The translations under genes and the position numbers were made by a program. From the NCBI RefSeq assembly GCF_056746865.1, contig NZ_CM163382.1: a stretch of DNA of 64,000 nt. One strand, written 5' to 3'. The notes below the pieces were generated by a model. That model was not told where the DNA came from and searched no databases. It saw only the letters and a program-made list of their open reading frames with translations. Of this stretch, positions 1 to 10,214 are shown piece by piece (the stretch's first letter is position 1; every line of letters begins with the position of its first letter).

Positions 1-253
1 TGGCGTCAAGCACTCTGACTGCATGCGTTAAAAATTGTTCGCCGGGTAAGGTAAGTTGCGCCCCCTGACGACCACGCTCAAACAAGCGAGCGCCCGTCAG
101 CTGCTCCAGTTCATTCAATGTCTTAGAGAGCGCAGGTTGACTCAAATTAAGGGTTTCAGCCGCGCGCCCCAAAGTTCCTTGTTGTGCGACAGCTACGAAT
201 GTATGAAGGTGGCGCAAACGGATGCGCTGACTAAACAGACTATTTTTTTCCAT
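1..253 (-). CDS. ydcI: LysR-family transcriptional regulator, N-terminal HTH part (gene continues beyond window start)
   Basis: Minus-strand translation from ATG at 253 gives MEKNSLFSQRIRLRHLHTFVAVAQQGTLGRAAETLNLSQPALSKTLNELEQL..., a typical LysR HTH; divergent from ydcJ as in K-12. Confidence 0.75.
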   Translation of the reverse strand, partial: MEKNSLFSQRIRLRHLHTFVAVAQQGTLGRAAETLNLSQPALSKTLNELEQLTGARLFERGRQGAQLTLPGEQFLTHAVRVLDA

Positions 254-469
254 AAGCGATGTTAAAAACGAAGCGGTGTCGCTGACAAGTGAAGTTGTTT
301 GATTATGATAACTTGATTGCAAAATATTATTAACAATTAAAGCAATTATGTTACAGCAAAATGGATAATATTGATGTTTTCGCGGCGAGATCACAGTTTG
401 TAAATTCTTCCCGCCGGAGTGAATGCGGTTACCTACACTCCAGATTACTGACCACTGGAGGCAGACACT

Positions 470-1813
470 ATGGCGAACAGCATCACGGCGGATGAGATTC
501 GGGAACAGTTTTCGCAGGCAATGTCAGCCATGTACCAGCAAGAAGTTCCGCAGTACGGCACGCTGCTGGAACTGGTAGCTGATGTGAATCTGGCTGTGCT
601 GGAAAACAATCCTCAACTGCACGAAAAAATGGTAAATGCAGACGAGCTGGCGCGACTGAATGTTGAACGTCATGGGGCGATTCGTGTTGGGACTGCACAA
701 GAGCTTGCTACTCTTCGGCGGATGTTTGCCATTATGGGGATGTACCCGGTGAGCTATTACGATCTCTCGCAGGCGGGGGTGCCGGTACATTCGACAGCAT
801 TTCGGCCCATTGATGATGCTTCTCTGGCGCGTAATCCCTTCCGCGTTTTTACTTCATTACTCCGCCTTGAGCTTATCGAGAACGAAATTTTGCGCCAGAA
901 AGCGGCGGAGATTCTGCGTCAGCGCGATATCTTCACCCCACGTTGTCGACAACTGTTAGAGGAATATGAGCAGCGGCGCGGTTTTAACGAAACACAGGCA
1001 CAGGAGTTTGTGCAGGAAGCCCTGGAAACGTTTCGTTGGCACCAGTCAGCAACGGTAGATGAAGAAACCTATCGCGCCTTGCACAACGAACATCGGTTGA
1101 TTGCTGATGTGGTCTGTTTTCCTGGATGCCATATCAACCACCTGACGCCACGTACGCTGGATATTGACCGGGTGCAGTCGATGATGCCTGAATGCGGGAT
1201 TGAACCCAAAATTCTGATCGAAGGGCCGCCGCGCCGCGAGGTACCTATTTTACTACGCCAGACCAGCTTTAAAGCACTGGAAGAGACGGTGTTGTTTGCA
1301 GGGCAGAAACAGGGTACGCATACCGCGCGCTTTGGTGAAATAGAGCAGCGTGGTGTGGCATTAACGCCGAAAGGGCGACAACTGTATGATGATCTTCTGC
1401 GTAACGCTGGAACCGGGCAGGATAATCTCACTCACCAAATGCATTTACAGGAAACCTTCCGCACTTTTCCTGACAGTGAGTTTTTAATGCGTCAGCAAGG
1501 GTTGGCATGGTTCCGGTACCGTCTGACGCCTTCAGGTGAGGCGCATCGTCAGGCGATTCATCCCGGAGACGATCCACAGCCCTTAATTGAACGTGGTTGG
1601 GTAGTGGCGCAACCCATTACCTATGAAGATTTCTTGCCCGTTAGCGCGGCGGGGATCTTCCAGTCAAATCTGGGTAATGAAACGCAGGCACGCAATCACG
1701 GTAATGCCAGTCGCGAGGCATTTGAGCAGGCGTTGGGTTGTCCGGTTTTGGATGAGTTCCAGCTTTATCAGGAAGCGGAAGAACGCAGTAAACGTCGCTG
1801 TGGTTTGCTTTAA
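470..1813 (+). CDS. ydcJ: DUF1338-family protein YdcJ
   Basis: 447-aa ORF with ATG start; sequence and position match the K-12 gene from memory. Confidence 0.85.
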   Translation: MANSITADEIREQFSQAMSAMYQQEVPQYGTLLELVADVNLAVLENNPQLHEKMVNADELARLNVERHGAIRVGTAQELATLRRMFAIMGMYPVSYYDLSQAGVPVHSTAFRPIDDASLARNPFRVFTSLLRLELIENEILRQKAAEILRQRDIFTPRCRQLLEEYEQRRGFNETQAQEFVQEALETFRWHQSATVDEETYRALHNEHRLIADVVCFPGCHINHLTPRTLDIDRVQSMMPECGIEPKILIEGPPRREVPILLRQTSFKALEETVLFAGQKQGTHTARFGEIEQRGVALTPKGRQLYDDLLRNAGTGQDNLTHQMHLQETFRTFPDSEFLMRQQGLAWFRYRLTPSGEAHRQAIHPGDDPQPLIERGWVVAQPITYEDFLPVSAAGIFQSNLGNETQARNHGNASREAFEQALGCPVLDEFQLYQEAEERSKRRCGLL

Positions 1814-2037
1814 ATTCTGACCATCCGCCTTTGCAAAAATTTGCCTGATTTTACAAACGAATCAGGCTCATCCCATCGACATAAAAAAATTGCCGATTTA
1901 TGCATATTCTCTCAGTTCAACAATTGGATTATTAATAAATATTGTCTAGAGTGAGCGGTCATAAATAAGCACTTTCTTGCCGCTGAAAACGACCAGCGCG
2001 GGACCATTCACAACACCAGAAGGACTCACTTTCAGGT

Positions 2038-3693
2038 ATGGATCGTAGACGATTTATTAAAGGTTCAATGGCTATGGCCGCCGTGTGCGGTACCAGCGGC
2101 ATTGCTTCTCTTTTTTCTCAGGCGGCATTCGCGGCAGATTCTGATATTGCCGACGGGCAAACCCAACGTTTTGACTTCTCCATTCTACAGTCAATGGCGC
2201 ACGACTTAGCGCAAACAGCGTGGCGTGGTGCGCCGCGTCCGTTACCTGACACTCTGGCGACAATGACGCCGCAGGCTTATAACAGTATTCAATACGACGC
2301 CGAAAAATCGCTCTGGCATAACGTTGAGAACCGTCAACTGGACGCTCAGTTCTTCCATATGGGAATGGGATTCCGTCGCCGCGTTCGTATGTTTTCTGTA
2401 GATCCAGCAACACATCTGGCGCGTGAAATTCACTTTCGCCCGGAGTTGTTCAAATACAACGATGCGGGTGTTGATACCAAACAATTAGAAGGGCAAAGTG
2501 ATCTCGGTTTTGCCGGTTTTCGCGTGTTTAAAGCCCCCGAACTGGCGCGCCGTGATGTCGTATCATTCCTCGGCGCGAGTTATTTCCGCGCGGTTGATGA
2601 TACATATCAATACGGTTTGTCGGCTCGCGGCCTGGCGATCGACACTTACACCGACAGTAAAGAAGAGTTCCCCGACTTTACCGCCTTCTGGTTTGATACG
2701 GTAAAACCGGGGGCAACCACCTTTACCGTTTATGCGTTGCTCGATAGCGCCAGCATTACTGGTGCCTATAAGTTCACTATCCATTGCGAGAAAAGTCAGG
2801 TGATTATGGATGTGGAAAATCACCTGTATGCGCGCAAAGACATTAAACAGCTGGGCATTGCGCCGATGACCAGTATGTTCAGCTGCGGTACTAATGAACG
2901 TCGGATGTGCGACACCATTCATCCGCAAATCCATGACTCTGATCGTTTGTCCATGTGGCGGGGTAACGGCGAGTGGATTTGTCGTCCGCTGAACAATCCA
3001 CAAAAATTGCAGTTCAATGCTTACACCGACAACAACCCGAAAGGGTTTGGTTTATTGCAACTGGATCGTGATTTCTCCCATTATCAGGACATTATGGGCT
3101 GGTATAACAAACGCCCAAGTCTGTGGGTGGAGCCGCGTAACAAGTGGGGTAAGGGCACCATCGGCCTGATGGAAATCCCAACTACGGGTGAAACGCTGGA
3201 TAACATTGTCTGCTTCTGGCAGCCAGAAAAAGCTGTAAAAGCGGGTGATGAGTTTGCATTCCAGTATCGTCTGTACTGGAGTGCGCAACCGCCTGTTCAT
3301 TGCCCATTAGCGCGCGTTATGGCGACGCGTACCGGCATGGGTGGTTTCCCGGAAGGTTGGGCGCCAGGTGAACACTATCCCGAAAAATGGGCGCGTCGTT
3401 TTGCCGTCGATTTCGTTGGTGGTGATCTGAAAGCTGCCGCGCCAAAAGGCATTGAGCCGGTGATTACGCTTTCCAGTGGGGAAGCGAAGCAAATCGAAAT
3501 TCTCTATATTGAACCCATTGATGGTTATCGTATTCAGTTTGACTGGTATCCGACTTCGGACTCCACTGATCCGGTCGATATGCGGATGTATCTGCGTTGT
3601 CAGGGCGACGCTATCAGTGAAACATGGCTGTATCAGTATTTCCCGCCAGCGCCGGATAAACGTCAGTATGTTGACGACCGCGTGATGAGTTAA
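2038..3693 (+). CDS. opgD: Glucans biosynthesis protein D (periplasmic, Tat signal)
   Basis: 551-aa ORF; N-terminus [32 protein letters not shown] has a twin-arginine motif; matches OpgD/MdoD. Confidence 0.9.
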   Translation: MDRRRFIKGSMAMAAVCGTSGIASLFSQAAFAADSDIADGQTQRFDFSILQSMAHDLAQTAWRGAPRPLPDTLATMTPQAYNSIQYDAEKSLWHNVENRQLDAQFFHMGMGFRRRVRMFSVDPATHLAREIHFRPELFKYNDAGVDTKQLEGQSDLGFAGFRVFKAPELARRDVVSFLGASYFRAVDDTYQYGLSARGLAIDTYTDSKEEFPDFTAFWFDTVKPGATTFTVYALLDSASITGAYKFTIHCEKSQVIMDVENHLYARKDIKQLGIAPMTSMFSCGTNERRMCDTIHPQIHDSDRLSMWRGNGEWICRPLNNPQKLQFNAYTDNNPKGFGLLQLDRDFSHYQDIMGWYNKRPSLWVEPRNKWGKGTIGLMEIPTTGETLDNIVCFWQPEKAVKAGDEFAFQYRLYWSAQPPVHCPLARVMATRTGMGGFPEGWAPGEHYPEKWARRFAVDFVGGDLKAAAPKGIEPVITLSSGEAKQIEILYIEPIDGYRIQFDWYPTSDSTDPVDMRMYLRCQGDAISETWLYQYFPPAPDKRQYVDDRVMS

Positions 3694-3705
3694 TCGTTTT
3701 TTCTT

Positions 3706-3736
3706 CGGCACCTTCTTCGGGAGGTGCCGTCTGGTT
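3706..3736 (+). terminator. Hairpin downstream of opgD (cggcacct / aggtgccg stem), weak T tail
   Basis: 8-bp inverted repeat read directly in sequence, followed by tctggtt. Confidence 0.35.
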
Positions 3737-3832
3737 AAACACGATCCCGCTCGCATTTTTCCCTAAGTTAAATGAGTAATCTGATAGTGTGTATTTCAGA
3801 TACACCTTGTCAGCCACTAACAGGGAGTGCGT

Positions 3833-4057
3833 ATGTTTCCAGAATACCGAGATTTAATATCCCGTCTGAAAAACGAAAATCCTCGCTTTATGTCCTTGTT
3901 CGATAAACACAATAAACTTGATCATGAAATTGCCAGAAAGGAAGGTTCCGACGGTCGAGGGTACAATGCGGAAGTGGTCCGCATGAAAAAACAAAAGTTA
4001 CAGTTAAAAGATGAGATGCTCAAAATCCTGCAGCAGGAGAGCGTCAAAGAGGTGTAA
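3833..4057 (+). CDS. ydcH: DUF465 small protein YdcH
   Basis: Track ORF starts at GTG 3827; ATG at 3833 gives MFPEYRDLISRLKNENPRF..., 74 aa. Confidence 0.8.
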   Translation: MFPEYRDLISRLKNENPRFMSLFDKHNKLDHEIARKEGSDGRGYNAEVVRMKKQKLQLKDEMLKILQQESVKEV

Positions 4058-4065
4058 ACTTTCCT

Positions 4066-4090
4066 AAGCCGCCAGCCAGGCGGCTTTTTT
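4066..4090 (+). terminator. Rho-independent terminator after ydcH
   Basis: aagccgcc-agcca-ggcggctt stem-loop followed by a T run. Confidence 0.65.
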
Positions 4091-4119
4091 AACAACTGCA
4101 TGGATTGACTGGAGATAAG

Positions 4120-4659
4120 ATGACTGAAACGATAAAAGTAAGCGAATCACTTGAATTACATGCTGTTGCAGAAAATCACGTCACTCCTCTTTATCAGTTA
4201 ATCTGTAAAAATAAAACCTGGTTACAGCAGTCGCTAAACTGGCCGCAGTTTGTTCAAAGTGAAGAGGACACGCGAAAAACGGTGCAGGGCAATGTAATGT
4301 TGCATCAACGCGGATATGCCAAAATGTTCATGATTTTCAAAGAAGATGAACTTATCGGCGTTATCTCGTTTAATCGTATTGAACCACTGAATAAAACCGC
4401 TGAAATCGGCTACTGGCTGGACGAATCTCATCAGGGGCAGGGGATCATTTCTCAGGCGCTGCAGGCATTGATTCATCATTACGCCCAGTCTGGTGAACTT
4501 AGACGCTTCGTGATCAAATGTCGGGTGGACAATGCGCAAAGCAACCAGGTCGCTTTGCGTAATGGTTTTATCCTTGAAGGTTGCCTGAAACAGGCTGAGT
4601 TCCTGAATGATGCCTATGATGATGTGAACTTATACGCGCTTATTATCGATTCACAATAA
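4120..4659 (+). CDS. rimL: Ribosomal-protein-serine N-acetyltransferase (GNAT)
   Basis: Track ORF begins at TTG 4105; ATG at 4120 preceded by a ggag SD gives [28 protein letters not shown]..., 179 aa. Confidence 0.85.
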   Translation: MTETIKVSESLELHAVAENHVTPLYQLICKNKTWLQQSLNWPQFVQSEEDTRKTVQGNVMLHQRGYAKMFMIFKEDELIGVISFNRIEPLNKTAEIGYWLDESHQGQGIISQALQALIHHYAQSGELRRFVIKCRVDNAQSNQVALRNGFILEGCLKQAEFLNDAYDDVNLYALIIDSQ

Positions 4660-5631
4660 CCCTGCCAGTGGCGTTCGAGTAATGCGTTCCTCGCCGTTAA
4701 TGACTTTTGGACCACGGACATGAACCGTGTCGCCATCAAAGGCTTCAACGACGGCGTGGTCGGTTAACTCCACATGGTTTTCAATTATCACCGCACCTGT
4801 AATACGGCTCTCACCTTGTATGACAACGTGCTCGTCGAGCAGAATCGGTCCGCCACATACCACGGCATTTCCGCCAATCAAGACATGATGTTTTAACACA
4901 CAATTACCTTCCACAATGGCATATTCCGCCACCTGCGAACTGTAATGAATCGTCGGAATGGCATCTTCTTCTATGCCAGCTTTCACCTGCGCGTGACCGT
5001 AGACTTTAGCGCAATCGCATAGCCAGACGTTGTTCTCTTCATTACCTTCAACGCTGGCAAAATCAAAAACTTCGGCGCGATGTTCAATAAAAGCATACCG
5101 GACGACGGCATCGCCATAAATTTGTGCCTGGTGGACAATACGCGAGGCGCTAACCCTTGCGCGATCATAAATTTGGAGCAGGAGTTGATGGTCGGGCGTT
5201 AAGCCTTGTGCGGCGACGATCATAGAATGTTGATCAATTAAGGCGTGACCAAATATTCTACATTGCCCGTAAACTAATGAGTCATGAATGGTGACACTGT
5301 CACTTATATATGCACCCTGGCTGATTTCACTATTATCGATCCAGACGTTATCCGTTGCGTAAACCTCTCCCCACAGCACGCTGGTGCCGGTGATACGCGT
5401 ATTACCGGAAATCACCGTTCCGCCGAACGCAATAGCATTCTGGTCGTAAATCCAGCAATTTCCTTCCTGTGCTAACACCGTTTCGCGATCGATCCAGCCG
5501 CCAGCGGTTCCTGCTATCACATCGTTAAAATCGCTAATGGCGATAATCTGCCGTAATAACACATTTTTTTTAGTGCCATCTTCCTGATAACTAAAGGCTC
5601 GCTGTTCTTCACTTAGACGATATTTGCGCAT
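4651..5631 (-). CDS. ydcK: Hexapeptide-repeat (left-handed beta-helix) protein YdcK
   Basis: 326-aa ORF, ATG start, repeated G-x-A/V-x-I patterns; convergent with rimL. Confidence 0.85.
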   Translation of the reverse strand: MRKYRLSEEQRAFSYQEDGTKKNVLLRQIIAISDFNDVIAGTAGGWIDRETVLAQEGNCWIYDQNAIAFGGTVISGNTRITGTSVLWGEVYATDNVWIDNSEISQGAYISDSVTIHDSLVYGQCRIFGHALIDQHSMIVAAQGLTPDHQLLLQIYDRARVSASRIVHQAQIYGDAVVRYAFIEHRAEVFDFASVEGNEENNVWLCDCAKVYGHAQVKAGIEEDAIPTIHYSSQVAEYAIVEGNCVLKHHVLIGGNAVVCGGPILLDEHVVIQGESRITGAVIIENHVELTDHAVVEAFDGDTVHVRGPKVINGEERITRTPLAGLL

Positions 5632-5754
5632 AGCGTTTTCCCACAGGTGACTTACTATAACCGTAGCAAATTCTGCGGCTCTGGCTATGCTCGAGAAAAT
5701 TCCATAAAATGCATTTCAAATATACTTTATAAATTAAACAAAATGAGTAAGAAG

Positions 5755-6747
5755 ATGCAGAGCGATAAAGTGCTCAATTTGCCGGCAGGCTACTTTGGTA
5801 TTGTGTTGGGGACGATAGGGATGGGATTTGCCTGGCGCTATGCCAGCCAGGTTTGGCAGGTCAGCCACTGGTTAGGGGATGGGCTAGTGATTCTGGCGAT
5901 GATCATCTGGGGATTATTGACTAGCGCATTTATTACCCGACTCATACGCTTTCCGCATAGCGTGCTGGCGGAAGTTCGCCATCCAGTGATGAGCAGTTTT
6001 GTGAGTTTGTTTCCGGCAACGACGATGCTGGTGGCGATTGGTTTTGTTCCGTGGTTTCGCCCACTGGCGGTGTGCCTGTTCAGTTTTGGTGTCGTGGTTC
6101 AGTTGGCTTATGCCGCCTGGCAAACTGCGGGATTATGGCGCGGATCTCATCCTGAAGAAGCTACCACGCCTGGACTGTATCTGCCGACAGTTGCCAACAA
6201 CTTTATCAGCGCAATGGCCTGTGGTGCATTGGGCTACACCGACGCCGGTCTGGTGTTTTTAGGCGCAGGCGTTTTCTCATGGTTAAGCCTGGAACCGGTG
6301 ATCTTGCAGCGACTGCGCAGTTCGGGAGAATTACCCACGGCGCTGCGGACATCACTCGGCATTCAGCTCGCTCCTGCGCTGGTGGCCTGTAGTGCCTGGC
6401 TGAGCGTCAACGGCGGCGAGGGTGACACGCTGGCGAAAATGCTTTTCGGTTATGGGCTGCTGCAACTGCTGTTTATGCTACGTCTGATGCCATGGTATCT
6501 CTCCCAGCCATTTAATGCTTCATTCTGGAGTTTCTCGTTCGGCGTATCTGCACTGGCAACCACCGGTTTGCATCTGGGGAGTGGCAGCGATAATGGATTT
6601 TTCCATACGCTGGCGGTGCCGCTGTTTATCTTTACCAATTTTATAATTGCAATACTGCTCATCCGTACTTTCGCGCTTCTGATGCAGGGGAAATTGTTAA
6701 TCAGAACCGAGCGCGCCGTTTTAATGAAAGCTGAGGACAAAGAATGA
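5755..6747 (+). CDS. tehA: Tellurite resistance protein TehA (TDT-family membrane transporter)
   Basis: Internal ATG at 5755 gives [31 protein letters not shown]..., 330 aa; the track ORF (5647) is a 5' over-extension. Confidence 0.9.
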   Translation: MQSDKVLNLPAGYFGIVLGTIGMGFAWRYASQVWQVSHWLGDGLVILAMIIWGLLTSAFITRLIRFPHSVLAEVRHPVMSSFVSLFPATTMLVAIGFVPWFRPLAVCLFSFGVVVQLAYAAWQTAGLWRGSHPEEATTPGLYLPTVANNFISAMACGALGYTDAGLVFLGAGVFSWLSLEPVILQRLRSSGELPTALRTSLGIQLAPALVACSAWLSVNGGEGDTLAKMLFGYGLLQLLFMLRLMPWYLSQPFNASFWSFSFGVSALATTGLHLGSGSDNGFFHTLAVPLFIFTNFIIAILLIRTFALLMQGKLLIRTERAVLMKAEDKE

Positions 6748-7337
6748 TCATTCGTGACGAAAACTATTTTACTGATAAGTATGAATTAACCCGCACACAC
6801 TCTGAAGTACTGGAAGCGGTGAAAGTGGTTAAACCCGGTAAAACGCTGGATCTGGGCTGTGGCAATGGTCGTAACAGTCTTTACCTGGCAGCCAATGGTT
6901 ATGAAGTTGACGCATGGGATAAAAATGCCATGAGTATCGCCAACGTCGAGCGCATTAAATCCATTGAAAATCTGGATAATTTACACACTCGGGTCGTTGA
7001 TCTGAATAACCTTACGTTTGATGGGCAATACGATTTTATTCTTTCGACTGTGGTGCTGATGTTCCTTGAGGCTAAAACCATCCCAGGGCTGATTGCCAAT
7101 ATGCAACGTTGCACTAAACCTGGCGGTTACAACCTGATTGTGGCGGCGATGGATACCGCTGATTATCCATGTACCGTCGGCTTCCCGTTTGCCTTCAAAG
7201 AGGGAGAATTACGTCGATATTACGAAGGCTGGGAGATGGTGAAATACAATGAAGACGTCGGCGAGCTGCACCGCACCGACGCCAACGGTAATCGTATTAA
7301 ACTGCGTTTCGCCACGATGCTGGCACGTAAAAAATGA
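6744..7337 (+). CDS. tehB: Tellurite methyltransferase TehB (SAM-dependent)
   Basis: 197-aa ORF overlapping the tehA stop by 4 nt; [18 protein letters not shown]-binding motif. Confidence 0.9.
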   Translation: MIIRDENYFTDKYELTRTHSEVLEAVKVVKPGKTLDLGCGNGRNSLYLAANGYEVDAWDKNAMSIANVERIKSIENLDNLHTRVVDLNNLTFDGQYDFILSTVVLMFLEAKTIPGLIANMQRCTKPGGYNLIVAAMDTADYPCTVGFPFAFKEGELRRYYEGWEMVKYNEDVGELHRTDANGNRIKLRFATMLARKK

Positions 7338-7638
7338 CCCGCTAAGAACAAGGCGCGTGATAATTCCCCCGCTGAGATGGTTTACTGTTCTTCTTTTCGG
7401 TAAGCATAATTTTTATCGAATGGATGTGAAATTAATCACAGTAGTCGAAGTTTTTTAGCAGCTTAACTTACTGAAATTTAACTACTGATGATTGACTTAG
7501 CCCCTTTTTCGGCATTGACTATGTCGTCTGAAAAGGGGCTGAAAAATTTATTTTCACCAACACTTTTTTTGCCACAACACGAAGCGGCGCTTTTTGCTAT
7601 AACTTAGAAAGTAATATAATCATCTCAGGAAACTATTC

Positions 7639-8307
7639 ATGCGTACCACATCAATTGCGAAAGTTGCAGCTTTATGCGGCTTGTTGGCTCTGTCTGGTTG
7701 TGCCTCTAAAATCACCCAGCCAGATAAATATTCTGGTTTTTTAAACAATTACTCTGATTTAAAAGAAACAACCTCAGCAACAGGTAAACCTGTTTTACGT
7801 TGGGTAGACCCGAGTTTTGATCAAAGCAAATATGACAGCATCGTCTGGAACCCAGTCACTTATTATCCGGTACCGAAACCATCTACCCAGGTAGGGCAGA
7901 AAGTTCTGGATAAAATTTTGAGTTATACCAACACCGAAATGAAAGAAGCGATTGCGCAGCGTAAACCACTGGTTACCACCGCTGGGCCGCGTAGTCTGAT
8001 TTTCCGTGGGGCCATTACCGGTGTTGATACCAGCAAAGAAGGGCTGCAATTCTATGAAGTGGTTCCTGTCGCATTAGTGGTCGCGGGGACGCAAATGGCG
8101 ACGGGCCACCGTACCATGGATACTCGCCTCTATTTTGAAGGTGAGCTGATTGATGCAGCTACTAATAAACCGGTTATCAAAGTCGTTCGTCAGGGCGAAG
8201 GTAAAGACCTGAATAACGAAAGTACGCCAATGGCTTTCGAAAATATTAAACAAGTTATTGATGACATGGCGACCGATGCCACTATGTTTGACGTTAACAA
8301 AAAGTAA
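7639..8307 (+). CDS. ydcL: Putative lipoprotein YdcL
   Basis: 222-aa ORF; signal peptide with lipobox (LALSGC). Confidence 0.85.
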   Translation: MRTTSIAKVAALCGLLALSGCASKITQPDKYSGFLNNYSDLKETTSATGKPVLRWVDPSFDQSKYDSIVWNPVTYYPVPKPSTQVGQKVLDKILSYTNTEMKEAIAQRKPLVTTAGPRSLIFRGAITGVDTSKEGLQFYEVVPVALVVAGTQMATGHRTMDTRLYFEGELIDAATNKPVIKVVRQGEGKDLNNESTPMAFENIKQVIDDMATDATMFDVNKK

Positions 8308-8315
8308 TTCCAGCT

Positions 8316-8341
8316 GCGCCATCGTAAGATGGCGCTTTTTA
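8316..8341. terminator. Bidirectional rho-independent terminator between ydcL and ydcO
   Basis: gcgccatc-gtaa-gatggcgc stem-loop followed by TTTTT. Confidence 0.7.
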
Positions 8342-9514
8342 TTATCGGTTTCTGTGAGCGATTAAATTCAACACCACGTAACAAACGCCTCCGGCAATTA
8401 ATCCCCAGAACGCAGAACCAATCCCGACCAGCGTCAATCCACTTGCCGTTACCAGAAATGCCACCACCGCCGCGTCGCGCTCACGCTCATTATGCAGCGC
8501 CTGATACAAACTGCCGCCAATGGTACTCAACAGCGCCAGACCTGCCAGCATCTGGATCCAACTTACGGGCAGGGCAGCCATCATCCCGGTAATAGCACTA
8601 CCAAAAAGACCTGCGAGCAAATAAAAAATGCCTGCAACGGCAGCTGCCAGCCAACGTTGATCTTTATCCGGATGCGCTTCCGGGCTTTGACAAATAGCCG
8701 CGGTGATTGCCGCAATACCGACGGAATAAACGCCGAAAGGGGAAAAAACAAGCGCCAGCAATCCAGTAAACACAATCAACGGCGAAACAGGAGCCGAATA
8801 CCCGGCAGCTTTCATTGCTGCGATACCCGGTGCGTTTTGCGATGCCATCGTCACCAGAAAAAGGGGGAGTGCAACGCTCAGACTGTGAGCAAACGAAAAA
8901 TCAGGGGTAATATAAGTGGGGAGAACGGGGTTAAAGACAACATCATTTGTGACAACGTCACCTTGCGCCATAACGATCACGATCCCAATAATCATCGCGG
9001 CAATTACCGCATAGCGCGGCGCAACGGCCCTGGTTGCCAGCCATACCAGCAACATACTGCCACACAACGTAAATTGACCATCCAGACTGGCAAACGCCTG
9101 TAAACCAAAGCGTAATAAAATCCCGGCAAGCATTGCCGCCGCAAGCGAGTGCGGAATAATGCGCATCAGACGAGCAAAGAGTCCCGTTATGCCGCAGAGG
9201 ACTATTAACGCGTTGGTGACAATAAAAACGCCGATGGCTTCGTTAAGTGTTAATCCCTGTAATCCGGTGACCAACAAAGCCGCGCCAGGCGTTGACCATG
9301 CGGTGAGAACAGGTACGCGATACCATAATGTCAGAGCCAGCGTACTGACGCCCATTGCCAGCCCCAGCGCCGTCATCCAGCCAGAGATTTGTGCAGTGGT
9401 GGCTCCGGCGACAATCGCTGCTTGCCAGATTATTGCCGCTGAACTGGCGTAGCCAATTAATACCGCCAGAAACCCCGCCAGTAGCGTGGGTGGAGGAATA
9501 GAAAACAGACGCAT
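8342..9514 (-). CDS. ydcO: BenE-family membrane transporter YdcO
   Basis: Polytopic membrane protein; ATG at 9514 (MRLFSIPPPTLLAGFLAVLIGY...) chosen over the longer track ORF. Confidence 0.85.
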   Translation of the reverse strand: MRLFSIPPPTLLAGFLAVLIGYASSAAIIWQAAIVAGATTAQISGWMTALGLAMGVSTLALTLWYRVPVLTAWSTPGAALLVTGLQGLTLNEAIGVFIVTNALIVLCGITGLFARLMRIIPHSLAAAMLAGILLRFGLQAFASLDGQFTLCGSMLLVWLATRAVAPRYAVIAAMIIGIVIVMAQGDVVTNDVVFNPVLPTYITPDFSFAHSLSVALPLFLVTMASQNAPGIAAMKAAGYSAPVSPLIVFTGLLALVFSPFGVYSVGIAAITAAICQSPEAHPDKDQRWLAAAVAGIFYLLAGLFGSAITGMMAALPVSWIQMLAGLALLSTIGGSLYQALHNERERDAAVVAFLVTASGLTLVGIGSAFWGLIAGGVCYVVLNLIAHRNR

Positions 9515-9605
9515 AGTCACCTCGTGCGTTATAACGTACAGGTACCGTAGCATTTGTCCGTTATAACGCACAAGTGATAAACTTCCGTTTTGCCGGAGGA
9601 GTCGC

Positions 9606-10142
9606 ATGGAAAATCTCGCTCGCTTTTTATCCACCACACTTAAACAACTACGTCAGCAGCGCGGCTGGAGTCTTTCGCGACTGGCAGAAGCGACGGGCGT
9701 TTCTAAAGCGATGTTAGGGCAGATTGAGCGTAATGAATCCAGCCCGACGGTCGCGACATTATGGAAAATTGCCACCGGGTTGAACGTGCCATTTTCAACA
9801 TTTATTTCTCCGCCGCAGTCCGCTACGCCTTCAGTTTATGATCCACAACGGCAGGCGATGGTGATCACTTCGCTGTTTCCTTATGATCCACAACTCTGCT
9901 TTGAACACTTCTCGATTCAGATGGCACCCGGTGCAATAAGCGAATCGACGCCCCATGAAAAGGGGGTAATCGAACATGTCGTCGTCATTGATGGACAACT
10001 TGATCTGTGCGTTGATGGTGAATGGCAGAGCCTTAATTGTGGAGAAGGCGCTCGATTTGCTGCAGACGTCACGCATGTCTATCGTAATGGAGGGGAGCAA
10101 ACCGTACATTTTCATTCACTCATCCATTACCCGCGCAGTTAA
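9606..10142 (+). CDS. ydcN: XRE-family HTH regulator with C-terminal cupin domain
   Basis: 178-aa ORF, ggagga SD; HTH LSRLAEATGVSKAMLGQIERNESSPT; divergent from ydcO. Confidence 0.85.
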   Translation: MENLARFLSTTLKQLRQQRGWSLSRLAEATGVSKAMLGQIERNESSPTVATLWKIATGLNVPFSTFISPPQSATPSVYDPQRQAMVITSLFPYDPQLCFEHFSIQMAPGAISESTPHEKGVIEHVVVIDGQLDLCVDGEWQSLNCGEGARFAADVTHVYRNGGEQTVHFHSLIHYPRS

Positions 10143-10214
10143 GCGGGAAAACTATTTCGCAACGTCGCGCTTGTGGCTAAAATAGCCGCCATTTTTCAGC
10201 TACTGGATAAGAAA

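Noticed and set aside
483-1431. Minus-strand ORFs (483-698, 524-790, 1069-1431) inside ydcJ
   Set aside because: Antisense shadow ORFs fully contained in a well-supported plus-strand gene; no independent start or SD context.
5647-5754. 5' extensions of track ORFs (tehA, curA, mcbR, yncD, ansP, narZ, narU, adhP, fdnI, ydcO, rimL, ydcH)
   Set aside because: The longest-ORF rule over-extends; internal ATG starts with SD-like sequences and known protein N-termini were preferred.
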